DNA of 49,113 nt, from assembly GCA_022572105.1 (NCBI GenBank), contig JACZWN010000002.1:1-49113 (forward strand), written 5' to 3'. Below the pieces are notes generated by a model, which saw only the letters and a list, made by a program, of their open reading frames with translations, had not been told where the DNA came from and ran no database searches. Both the position numbers and the translations under genes were made by a program. How positions within the stretch are numbered: position 1 is the stretch's first letter; each line of letters opens with the position of its first letter. Below, one piece after another: positions 1 through 8,512 of this stretch. This stretch comes from Pseudomonadota bacterium. Lineage in GTDB: Bacteria > Pseudomonadota > Alphaproteobacteria > Kiloniellales > J153.

Positions 1-931
1 ACACCCCTCCGGTCAGCCCCACCTGGCACAACGGGCAGTGCCCGCGTCCCTTGGAAGCATTGATAATGCGTCTGTTGGCCAAGAACCCGTCGGAACGGCC
101 CGAGTCGGCCACCGACGTGCTCTCGGCACTGGACGCCATCGACCTTGCCACCAGCGTGGAACAACCTGCGGCGTCGTTGACGAAGCCCACTCCTTAGACA
201 GCCTGGCCGGAGGAGTGTTCGTGGGCCGGCAGCGGGAGATGGGGGAGCTGAAGGCCTGCCTGGAAGACGCATTGTCGGGAAAGGGCAGGCTGGTAACTTT
301 GGTGGGCGAGCCTGGGATAGGCAAGACCCGTATGGCTCAAGAACTTGCCTCCACCGCAGAGGAACTTGGTGGCCAAGTCTTGTGGGGGCGGTGCCATGAA
401 GGGCAAGGCAGGCCACCCTATTGGCCCTGGATCCAGCTCATCCGCTCGTACGTTCGAAACTGTGACACAGAGAGGCTCGCCGCCGAACTGGGCTCCGGCG
501 CCGCAATCATTGCCGAAGTTGTCCCCGAAATTGGGGAGAAAATCTCAAACCTGCCGCCACTGCCTGATCTCGAACCTGAGCAAGCGCGGTTTCGGCTGTT
601 CGACTCCGTCACCGCTTTCCTGAAACGTGCCGCCAACGCGAGGCCCTCGGTTCTCATACTGGAAGACCTTCAATGGGCTGATACCCCCTCTCTTTTGATG
701 CTGGAGTTTTTGAGCGCGGAGCTTTTGGATACGCCGCTCCTCCTGCTGGGGACTTACCGGGATGTGGAACTTCCCCGTAACAATCCGCTTTCCCACACCC
801 TGGGGGAGCTGGCCCGCCAGCAATATTTCAGAGAGTTCCTGCTACAAGGTCTGTCGCGCGAGGACGTGACCCGGTTCATGACCGGCGCGGCGGGTGTCGT
901 TCCAGTGCGGCCCACGGAATTCTGCCTGTGA
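1..931 (+). pseudogene. Remnant of a Ser/Thr protein kinase + AAA_16/STAND-type ATPase gene: 5'-partial at the window edge, frameshifted near 170-200, truncated at 931
   Basis: Frame 3 (3..197) reads PRPLEALIMRLLAKNPSERPESATDVLSALDAID, the C-terminal end of a Hanks-type kinase domain, then TAG at 195-197. Frame 2 continues FVGRQREMGELKACLEDALSGKGRLVTLVGEPGIGKTRMAQEL (Walker A) ... VLILEDLQWAD (Walker B). It stops at 931, where such proteins normally continue into long helical/TPR regions. Confidence 0.6.
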
Positions 932-992
932 GTTCCATTAATTCCGAATCCGGACATCGGAAAATGTATCCGAGTTCTCGCGTTCGGCGCGA

Positions 993-3900
993 TCACTGTT
1001 TAGCGAATTCCAAGAGATAACGCTCGCGGTCTGCCTTGCCATGGTTTTTCACCAGCTTAAATCCTGGGAACAGGTCTTCAAGCATGGCAATGAGGTCGTC
1101 GACGTGGTCGTATTGCCAGGCGGACGTTACCTTCCAGATCCCATCTTCCGGCTTTGCCCCGTTCTCTCTGAGCCGGCACTCGATGAGGATACGTTGGCAT
1201 ATCCCGGCAATGCGTTCGGCGTTGCGGGCAACGTTCCGCGTGTGATGAAGAACCGAAAACAGGATGACCGTGTCGAACTCTCCCGGGATCTCGCCCTTGT
1301 CGAGGTCGACGCATTGGTAGCGAATATCCTTGCCTAGGATGTTCGCGACGAACCGCGCGCCGTAGATGATGCTTTGATCTAGATCGATCCCCGTTACGCG
1401 GCAGTTGCGATCGTGAAGGTACATCGAGACAAGGCCCGCATTGCAGCCGACGTCCAGAATGCGCTCGCCCGGAGCGAACGCGACGGTATCGAGCAGCGAT
1501 CGCCTGTCACCGATGTCGCGTTCTCCATCGGAGTGGATCGACTCTTTCTGCAGCGTGTGATAGATGCCGCAAGCGGCGAGCGTGGTTTGCTGTCGGGAGT
1601 AAATTGTTGTTGCCCCGATATTGAACGAGCGATTGCGAAAATATTTCATGAAATTATTATTAACACTAAGGCTGGGGAAATATTGTAGAAATGACGAAAA
1701 ATCGTATTTTTCTTTTGCCCTTTCATCACACCACTTAAGAAAAGAGATATTGTCCATATTAATTACATCGTCATCAAGAAATTCCGCTTGGTCATAGTCG
1801 ATGAAATAGCAAATTCCAGCTTTCTCATCGACCCGCAGATTGTCGGGTTTAAGATCGCCATGGTACACACCAAGGTTTTTCTGTTCGATGAGCGACAGTA
1901 TCATGTCGGCCGGATTGAGACTGGTTCCCAAGGGCAAGTACTCTTCCACGATGAAGGGAAAGGTATCGTTGGGAACGGATCTCAAAAACGCCCTTTGCTC
2001 CTCACCGAGGCAAGGCAGCAAGTCTTCCGCGCCGATCGTCCCATAGAGGTGGACCTTCGGGGCGCTGACGCATCCGCGCTCGTTGAGACGCGCCATGATG
2101 TTCGCCTCTTGCTCGAGAGAGTTCGACTTGTTCGGATTATGTATCAATTCAATCTTGGCGAAATATTTTCCTTGCTGGCACACGCCGATTAGCACCTTTC
2201 CGCCCGAGTGAAATTTCAGGTTCTGGATTTCGATGCCTGGCCCCAGGCTAAGACTTGTCTTTTCGGGTGAAGGGGCCGGGCGATTTTCAATTTTTTGTAA
2301 GAAGTCGCTGAGCTGAATGCGCCCTTCATTGTCCCCCGGCCGCAATTCCAAGGAACGAGCGCACCAGGGCCGCCACATGTCGCGGTAAGCGGCCTCCATG
2401 TCGTGGGCAAAGGCCTTTGCGTCGCACAGCGGCGAATTCCGCATGCGGGTCCGCAGGCTTTCCCTGAGCGCCAAGAGCCGATCGAGATCACCGGCCAAGT
2501 CAACGGCGGTCCTTATGTAGGCCTCTTGCGTTGCCGCGGCGAGCTCCGGCATTCCCATCGAGGTCAACAGGCCAAGGCCGACCCGGGCGGCATGGCGATC
2601 TCCGCTTAACGTGATCATGGGCACGCCCATCCACAGCGCCTCGCAGGTCGTCGTCGTGCCGTTGTACGGAAACGGATCCAGCCCAATGTCGACTCCGGCG
2701 TAGGCAGCGAGATGTCCGGAAACCGATGGAATATCAGGAACCAACTCAATACATTCGATGTCGACACCATGCGCGACGAACATCTCCTTATATCGTTTCC
2801 GCAGCTCGTGCTGAGCAAACAGTCGGCTCTTGAGGAGGATTCGGGAGCCCGGCGTATGGTGGAGGATGGTGGCCCAGACCTCCACCACGTCCGGAGTCAC
2901 CTTCGCCAAGTTATTGAACGATCCGAAAGTAATGTAACCATTTGCCGCCGCCGGTAGGTCCGCGATCTCCGGCGCGTCGGCGGGTGGGACGTAACAAAGA
3001 AAACTTTTCGGCAGACGCACCAGTTTTTCCGAGTGCACCGCATCGGCGGTCCCCTCCGGGTCCACGATGGCGTCGGTCAGCCGGTAATCCATTGCCGTCA
3101 ATCCGGTCGTATTGGGGTAGCCAAGCCATGTCGCTTGCACCGGCGCCGGCCGTTGGGCGAACGTGAGAAGGCGGTTTGAAGACGTGTGCCCAGCAAGATC
3201 GATCAGAATGTCGATCCCGTCCTCGCGGATATGCTCGGCCAAGGCCTCGTCGCTCGTGCCAAATGTCCAGCGCCAGCCATCAGCGAGCGCTCGTAAACGG
3301 GTGGTCACCTCGTCGGGCCGGGCGACTTCGGCGTAGCAGAAAACTTCCACCGCATTCCGGTCGTGAGCGGCGAGCAAGGATTCGATGAAATAACTTACCG
3401 AGTGGCACCGGAAGTCGGGCGAGACATAGCCGATGCGCAGCCGCCGCTCAGGATCGGGAGTATTGGCGTGCGGCCGGGCGCGGATCGCGTGCGGCAGCGC
3501 GTGAATTTCATCCCAATGCCTGCTTTCGGCAAGGATGCTCTCCGCCGTGAAACGGGAGTGGAAGTTCATGGTGAAAATCAAGTTGCTGTGCGCCTCGGAG
3601 AAGCTGGGCTTGAGCGTCAAGGCGTTCCTGTAGGCCTCGATGGCTTCGTCTAGCCTGCCCATGTCTTTTAAGACCATGCCCAGGTTATTGTGAGCGCTCA
3701 CGTCGTTGGGGTCGAGGCGCAGCGCATGGTGGCAGTGGGCCAGAGCCTCGTCGGAATTGCCGCCACGAAGCAAGGCGGCGCCCAGGTTACTGTGTGCGGT
3801 CGTGTAGTCCGGCTTGATCTCGATCGCGCGGCGGCAGGCGGCGATGGCGTCGTCCAGTTCGCCGAATTCCTGCAACATCGCGCCCAGACTGTTGTGGGCC

Positions 3901-4430
3901 TCGGCGAAGTTCGGGTTGATTTCGGTGGCGCGGCGGTAGGCGGCCATGGCGCCGGCGGTATCGCTCGATTTCTGCAACAGGATGCCGAGGTTGTAATGCG
4001 GCTCGGCGTAGCCGGGCTTGACCCCTATGGCGCGGCGATAGGCGGCCGCCGCTTCGTCCAATCTGTCCGCCGCCTTGAGCGCGTTGCCCAGGTTGTTGTG
4101 CGCTTCGGCATAGCTGGGTTCGAGCCTGACCGCGGCCTGCAGGAGCTTGACGGCCTCCCCGATATGGCCCAACTCGCAGTTGGCCACGCCGCCAAGGTTC
4201 AATGCATCGAACTGATCGGGCCGGACCGCGAGGATCTTGCGGTAGAGTTGCAAGGCTTCGTGAGGATGGCCGGCCTTATGAAGCTTGACCGCTTCTTGCA
4301 GCGTGGCGTTGGCCGGTGCCGCGGCGCCGTTGCCCCTGCGCCCCTTTTTCGCCAAGCGCGCCGCCTGGCGGCGCTGCTGCCGGTTCGGTTTCGCGCCGGC
4401 CCTGGGGGAGGCGTTCGTAACCATCGTCAT
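993..4430 (-). CDS. 1145-aa multidomain protein: TPR repeats + GT41 (SPINDLY/OGT-like) glycosyltransferase + protein-kinase-like domain + SAM-dependent methyltransferase; candidate flagellin/flagellar glycan modification enzyme
   Basis: Single uninterrupted ORF with ATG at 4430, 48 nt downstream of fliW on the same strand. Domain motifs are listed in the four sub-features below. Confidence 0.85.
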   Translation of the reverse strand: MTMVTNASPRAGAKPNRQQRRQAARLAKKGRRGNGAAAPANATLQEAVKLHKAGHPHEALQLYRKILAVRPDQFDALNLGGVANCELGHIGEAVKLLQAAVRLEPSYAEAHNNLGNALKAADRLDEAAAAYRRAIGVKPGYAEPHYNLGILLQKSSDTAGAMAAYRRATEINPNFAEAHNSLGAMLQEFGELDDAIAACRRAIEIKPDYTTAHSNLGAALLRGGNSDEALAHCHHALRLDPNDVSAHNNLGMVLKDMGRLDEAIEAYRNALTLKPSFSEAHSNLIFTMNFHSRFTAESILAESRHWDEIHALPHAIRARPHANTPDPERRLRIGYVSPDFRCHSVSYFIESLLAAHDRNAVEVFCYAEVARPDEVTTRLRALADGWRWTFGTSDEALAEHIREDGIDILIDLAGHTSSNRLLTFAQRPAPVQATWLGYPNTTGLTAMDYRLTDAIVDPEGTADAVHSEKLVRLPKSFLCYVPPADAPEIADLPAAANGYITFGSFNNLAKVTPDVVEVWATILHHTPGSRILLKSRLFAQHELRKRYKEMFVAHGVDIECIELVPDIPSVSGHLAAYAGVDIGLDPFPYNGTTTTCEALWMGVPMITLSGDRHAARVGLGLLTSMGMPELAAATQEAYIRTAVDLAGDLDRLLALRESLRTRMRNSPLCDAKAFAHDMEAAYRDMWRPWCARSLELRPGDNEGRIQLSDFLQKIENRPAPSPEKTSLSLGPGIEIQNLKFHSGGKVLIGVCQQGKYFAKIELIHNPNKSNSLEQEANIMARLNERGCVSAPKVHLYGTIGAEDLLPCLGEEQRAFLRSVPNDTFPFIVEEYLPLGTSLNPADMILSLIEQKNLGVYHGDLKPDNLRVDEKAGICYFIDYDQAEFLDDDVINMDNISFLKWCDERAKEKYDFSSFLQYFPSLSVNNNFMKYFRNRSFNIGATTIYSRQQTTLAACGIYHTLQKESIHSDGERDIGDRRSLLDTVAFAPGERILDVGCNAGLVSMYLHDRNCRVTGIDLDQSIIYGARFVANILGKDIRYQCVDLDKGEIPGEFDTVILFSVLHHTRNVARNAERIAGICQRILIECRLRENGAKPEDGIWKVTSAWQYDHVDDLIAMLEDLFPGFKLVKNHGKADRERYLLEFAKQ
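996..1508 (-). other. Class I SAM-dependent methyltransferase module (aa ~975-1145)
   Basis: Motif I ILDVGCNAGLVSMYL, then acidic CRVTGIDLD, then FDTVILFSVLHH (motif post-I/II pattern). Confidence 0.75.
1641..2228 (-). other. Protein-kinase-like (eukaryotic-like / Kdo-WaaP-like) module (aa ~735-930)
   Basis: Catalytic-loop-like GVYHGDLKPDNLRV followed by ICYFIDYDQA (DFG-equivalent). It lies in a marked low-GC stretch. Confidence 0.6.
2361..3458 (-). other. GT41/SPINDLY-like glycosyltransferase module (aa ~325-690)
   Basis: RIGYVSPDFRCHSVSYFIESLL, IDILIDLAGHTSSNRL, ATWLGYPNTTGL..MDYRLTD, ITFGSFNNLAKVTP, DIGLDPFPYNGTTTTCEALWMGVPMITL. This is the motif order typical of bacterial TPR-OGT (Glyco_transf_41) proteins, recognised from memory rather than by a search. 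Confidence 0.75.
3576..4307 (-). other. TPR repeat module (aa ~42-285) of the fusion protein
   Basis: About seven 34-aa repeats with recurring AEAHNNLGNAL / A..AYRRAI...P signatures (SYAEAHNNLG, YAEPHYNLG, FAEAHNSLG, YTTAHSNLG, DVSAHNNLG, FSEAHSNL). Confidence 0.85.
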
Positions 4431-4478
4431 GGATCGAGATCCGATTACCGCGTCAAGAGTCCGGAGACGCCGCCGCGC

Positions 4479-4994
4479 TCACAGCGCGCCGTTCCAATTG
4501 TCGAGCGGCTGGCGCAGGGGATAGCGGTCGTTCGGCAGGACGTATTGGCGCGCCCGTCGCGCCTCGGGGTCGAACAGGATAGGCGCGCGGATATTGGCCC
4601 ACATGTCGATGCCCTCGCCGTCGTCCTTCGGCCGAATCGTGCACAGGAACATGACGTGGATCTCGTCCCGAACGAACCCGGTGGCGGTGCAGGCCTGATC
4701 GAGATCCGCCGCCTCGATGGGGGCCTCGTCGCTCGATATGGGCATGACGACGAAGGAGATCGGCGGCTCGCCGAGCGACTGCAGCAGCTTGAAGGCCTCG
4801 GGCACCGGCGCCGGCAGGTTGGCGAGGCCGAACAGCTGCTGATCGGCGAAGCCGATCAGGCCGTGCGGCATCACGACGGTCTGGGCCGGCGTGAACTCGT
4901 AGGTGCCGAACCTGGTCTCGACGATGACGGTTTCCGAGGGCAGCGCCGTCGGTCGGTCCGGCAACGCGAGAGCGCCGTCTGGGTTGAGCATCAT
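4479..4994 (-). CDS. fliW: Flagellar assembly factor FliW (CsrA antagonist)
   Basis: 171 aa. ETRFGTYEFTPAQTVVMPHGLIGFADQQLFGLANLP...FKLLQSLGEPPISFVVMP matches the FliW family pattern. Sits directly downstream of flgL. Confidence 0.85.
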   Translation of the reverse strand: MMLNPDGALALPDRPTALPSETVIVETRFGTYEFTPAQTVVMPHGLIGFADQQLFGLANLPAPVPEAFKLLQSLGEPPISFVVMPISSDEAPIEAADLDQACTATGFVRDEIHVMFLCTIRPKDDGEGIDMWANIRAPILFDPEARRARQYVLPNDRYPLRQPLDNWNGAL

Positions 4995-5063
4995 CGGGGG
5001 ATCCTCCTTATCCTTCGTCTTTGCCGCCGGCTGGACCGGGTGATATCGTCATAAGCGCCGCGC

Positions 5064-6674
5064 CTAGCGCAGGAAGTTTGCGAGCGAGAGTTGACTGAGG
5101 CGCGCGGTGAGCATGTACGAAGCCTCGAGGAAGGTCTGGTCGATGCTCAGACGCGCCACGGCCGCGGCGATGTCCACGTTCTCGATCTGTCCGATCGACT
5201 CGGTGGTGAAGACGGTAAAATCCTGATGCCGCGTCTTCATCTGCTCCAACGCCAGGAGATCGGAACCGATCTTGGAGCGGATGTCGGGTATCTCGTCCAT
5301 CGCCGCGATGACGATGCCGAGCGCCGATTCGAGCGTGGCGCGATCGATGCTGCCGGGCGCGACGTTCGCGTTGCGCACCATGTACAGGCTGCGGACCAGC
5401 TTCTCGATCCCGGGCTCGTTGGCCTTGATGCCGAATTCGATGGTCGCGTTGAGGTCGATTCGGACGTAGAGCTTGGCGCTGTCGCCCTTGTAGAAGCCGG
5501 GATTGGCCGTGTCGTATCCGGGATCGCCGGGCCGCGCCTCCTTGACGTTGACCGAACCATCGCTCGCCGCGACGTTCTCGAGGAAGTCGTCGAGCCGGAT
5601 CTCGGTATCGGGATCGGCGATGGCCGCGTCGTTGAGGCCGGTGGTGACGCCGACGCTGAGCACAACGGTCGCGCCGGTGGTCGCGTTCGTGAGCGTGACT
5701 GGAACGGTGGCGATGGTGCTCAAGTCCACGCCGGTCGCGACGAAGTTGCCGTCGCTGGAGTTGAGCGTCAGCGTGGCGCTGGCGGCCGTGCCCGAGGTTT
5801 CGATCCTGTTCAGGTTGATCTTGCTGATATCGCCGCTGGTCGAGGTCACGGTGATCGCGCCGAACGCGCCCACGCCCGCGCCGTCGACGTTGCCGACGAT
5901 GGTGTCGGTCACGATCGAGGTCCCCAGGTTGAAGTTCTCGTCGACCGTGACCACGACGCGCTTGGTGCCGACGGTGAAGGTGATGTCGGTGGTCTGGCCC
6001 GCGGCGGGCGCGGCGTTCAGGACGAAGGTGTCGGAGGCGCCGCCGTTCAGGTTGGTCACCGTAAAGGTCTTGGTCCCGCTGTCGTATGTGAGCTGGAAGG
6101 CGTCGCCCGTGGTCCCCGAATCGACCCGAACCCGGCTGATGCCGGTAAATCCGGTAAGGCCGGTGGTGGAGGTCGTCGCCGCGCCCTTGAATTCGGCGGC
6201 ATCGACCAGCGGTACGGTCGGGCTGAGCAGGACCGATACATCGATCGGCGGGATATCGATCCGGGATCCGCTGAACAGGAAGCGGTTGTCCTGCTTGATG
6301 TTGAGGGCGCCGGCCAGCTCCTGGAGCATGTCCTCGGCGCGCTGGTTGAGCGTGAGCAGCGAGGCATTGTCCACGTTGAGGGCGGTGATTAGCAGATCCC
6401 GGAACCGCGACGCCACGTCGAACATGCCGGCGATACTGCTCTCCATCAATTGCAGCCGGCCTTCGGTCACCTCGATGTTCCTGACGAAGCCTTCCACTTC
6501 GGTGACCGCGTTCTCCAGGTTCACCAAGCGGCGCGCATCGATCGCGACGCCGGCGTAGCCGCGGCTGACCTTGCCGCTCGAGATTTGCATCTGGGTCTCG
6601 AACAGGCGGCTCTGGGCGTCCAGCGTCTGTGACAGGTTCAGCTTGTGAGCGGCTAAGGTGGAGAAGCGGATCAT
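5064..6674 (-). CDS. flgL: Flagellar hook-associated protein 3 FlgL (flagellin-family termini, enlarged central region)
   Basis: Start moved to the ATG at 6674 (MIRFSTLAAHKLNLSQTLDAQSRLFETQMQISSGKVSRGYAG), 10 nt after the flgK stop. The tracked 651-aa ORF has an Arg/Ser-rich N-terminus that overlaps flgK out of frame. C-terminus IDQTFLEASYMLTARLSQLSLANFLR. Confidence 0.8.
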   Translation of the reverse strand: MIRFSTLAAHKLNLSQTLDAQSRLFETQMQISSGKVSRGYAGVAIDARRLVNLENAVTEVEGFVRNIEVTEGRLQLMESSIAGMFDVASRFRDLLITALNVDNASLLTLNQRAEDMLQELAGALNIKQDNRFLFSGSRIDIPPIDVSVLLSPTVPLVDAAEFKGAATTSTTGLTGFTGISRVRVDSGTTGDAFQLTYDSGTKTFTVTNLNGGASDTFVLNAAPAAGQTTDITFTVGTKRVVVTVDENFNLGTSIVTDTIVGNVDGAGVGAFGAITVTSTSGDISKINLNRIETSGTAASATLTLNSSDGNFVATGVDLSTIATVPVTLTNATTGATVVLSVGVTTGLNDAAIADPDTEIRLDDFLENVAASDGSVNVKEARPGDPGYDTANPGFYKGDSAKLYVRIDLNATIEFGIKANEPGIEKLVRSLYMVRNANVAPGSIDRATLESALGIVIAAMDEIPDIRSKIGSDLLALEQMKTRHQDFTVFTTESIGQIENVDIAAAVARLSIDQTFLEASYMLTARLSQLSLANFLR

Positions 6675-6684
6675 GGCATCGCTC

Positions 6685-8487
6685 CTAGGCGCCGAGTTGG
6701 AGCAATATGTCGAAGAGGTCGTCGACGACCTGGATGACCCGCGCCGTCGCCGCGTAGGCGTTTTCGTAAAGCACCATGTTGCGGAGCTCCTCGTCGATGT
6801 TGACGCCGCTGATCGAGTCGTTGCGGAACGACAGCTCCTCGAACAAGGTTTGCTTGAACAACGCCGTTTTCTCCGCGCTCGCCGCGGAAATGGCGGTCGT
6901 GGAGAGAATCTCGGAGGCGTAACTGGCGAGGGTGGTGGCGGTAAACGGCAGCCCGCCGATCGCCGCGAACTGCAGATCCTCGAGAAATTTGTCGGCCAAC
7001 GACTGGATGATCGAGGCATCGCCGAGCGCGACCGCCAGTTCGCCGGCCTTGGGCGCCGGCGCGGTGGTCGAAATCAGAGCGCCGCGCGCGAGCCGCGCGG
7101 GATCGCTTACGATGTCGCTGCGGACCTGGATCAAGGCGGCGAGGTTCGAGATCGAATCGCCCTGCACCCGGCTCGGCGTCACGAACAAATCGTTCAGCCC
7201 GAAATAGTTGGAAAAACCGCTATAGGTCGTCGTGCCGTCGGTATGGGTTACCGTCTGGCTGGCGAGATCGACGATCGCGATGCCGTTGGTCGACTTGTCG
7301 GCCGCGATCGAGAGCGGACCACCGGTACTGGTGGAGGCGGTTGCGAACCCACTCAGGTTGGTGTCGATCAACGTCTCGATCTGCTTGACCGTGTAGGTCC
7401 CGGCCGCGAGGTCGTAGTGGGCGACGAAGTTGCCGCTAGCGTCGACCACCGCGATGCGCACCGCGGCGCTGAACGTGATCGTGTCCGAGGCCGGCAGCGC
7501 GAAGCTCCGCGTGCCGGTCAACGTGTTTGGAGGGGGTCGGCTGGTCCCGGCATTATGCAACGCGTTCATCTGGTCGCGCAGCATCTGGGTGAGCATGTCG
7601 ATCTGCGCCTGTAGGTTGGGCAGGATCGTGTCGCGCGCCTGGATTATGCCGCCGAGCTCGCCCGATTTGATGCCCGCCGTGATGTCGTTGGGGCCCGACA
7701 TGATCGGGCCGATCCCGCCGCCCGCATAGGTGATATCGGGTGTCAATGCGCCGGCCGGCGTGTGGCTGAGCGGGTGGGCGACCTTGTCGGCCAGGACACG
7801 GCCGTCCGGCAGCGTGACCACGATCTCGCCGCTCGTGCGCTTGAAGAAGCGGATATCGATCAGCTCCGAAATATTGGCGAGGGCCCGGTCTCGAAGGTCC
7901 TCCAGATTGGCTGTTGACTCGCCGAGCGCTTGACTGCTTTGGATGCTCGCATTGAGGTCGGCGATCTTTTCGAGCTCCGTATTGATCAGTTTGATTTTCG
8001 CGGTGATGTCTCGATCCGCGTCGAAGCGGAGCGTCTGGATATGCTGGGACATCTCGTTGAGCTGCCTGGCCAGGGCCACGGCGGCGGATACCACCTCGTT
8101 GCGGTGCGCCGAGCTGTCGGGCGAGATCGCTAGTCCCTGCATCGCAGTCGCCAGATCCGCGATCGTGGCGCCGAGCGCGGCGTCGTTTGTCAGCGTTCCG
8201 AACTGGTTCATAATCCGTTCGTAGTAGAAATTCTGCGCCCGGGCGTCGCCGAGCGTGCTGAGCGTTGTCCGTAGATCGGCCAGCAATCGCTCGTCCACCA
8301 CGCGATTGAGATCGCCGAGTTCCACGCCCCTGCCTTCCCCTGCCACGGTGACGGAGGTGGGTTGGGCGATCTTGCGCGTATACCCTTCGACGTTGGCGTT
8401 GGTGACGTTGTTCGCGATGACCTGAATCATGGCCTCGTTGGCCTGGAGGCCACTCAGGGCATTCTGTAGGGCGATCGAGAGCGACAT
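6685..8487 (-). CDS. flgK: Flagellar hook-associated protein 1 FlgK
   Basis: 600 aa. MSLSIALQNALSGLQANEAMIQVIANNVTNANVEGYTRK N-terminus and EELRNMVLYENAYAATARVIQVVDDLFDILL C-terminus are canonical FlgK. Confidence 0.92.
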   Translation of the reverse strand: MSLSIALQNALSGLQANEAMIQVIANNVTNANVEGYTRKIAQPTSVTVAGEGRGVELGDLNRVVDERLLADLRTTLSTLGDARAQNFYYERIMNQFGTLTNDAALGATIADLATAMQGLAISPDSSAHRNEVVSAAVALARQLNEMSQHIQTLRFDADRDITAKIKLINTELEKIADLNASIQSSQALGESTANLEDLRDRALANISELIDIRFFKRTSGEIVVTLPDGRVLADKVAHPLSHTPAGALTPDITYAGGGIGPIMSGPNDITAGIKSGELGGIIQARDTILPNLQAQIDMLTQMLRDQMNALHNAGTSRPPPNTLTGTRSFALPASDTITFSAAVRIAVVDASGNFVAHYDLAAGTYTVKQIETLIDTNLSGFATASTSTGGPLSIAADKSTNGIAIVDLASQTVTHTDGTTTYSGFSNYFGLNDLFVTPSRVQGDSISNLAALIQVRSDIVSDPARLARGALISTTAPAPKAGELAVALGDASIIQSLADKFLEDLQFAAIGGLPFTATTLASYASEILSTTAISAASAEKTALFKQTLFEELSFRNDSISGVNIDEELRNMVLYENAYAATARVIQVVDDLFDILLQLGA

Positions 8488-8512
8488 GGGTGAGGACTCC
8501 GCTGCCTAGCGC

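Noticed and set aside
3690-5054. 454-aa plus-strand ORF overlapping the TPR region and fliW
   Set aside because: It is antisense to two well-supported genes. The translation is Ala/Gly/Arg/Val-rich with no motifs, a typical high-GC shadow ORF.
5091-6558. Plus-strand ORFs of 433 aa (5091..6392) and 351 aa (5503..6558)
   Set aside because: Both are antisense to flgL. They have low-complexity translations and no start context.
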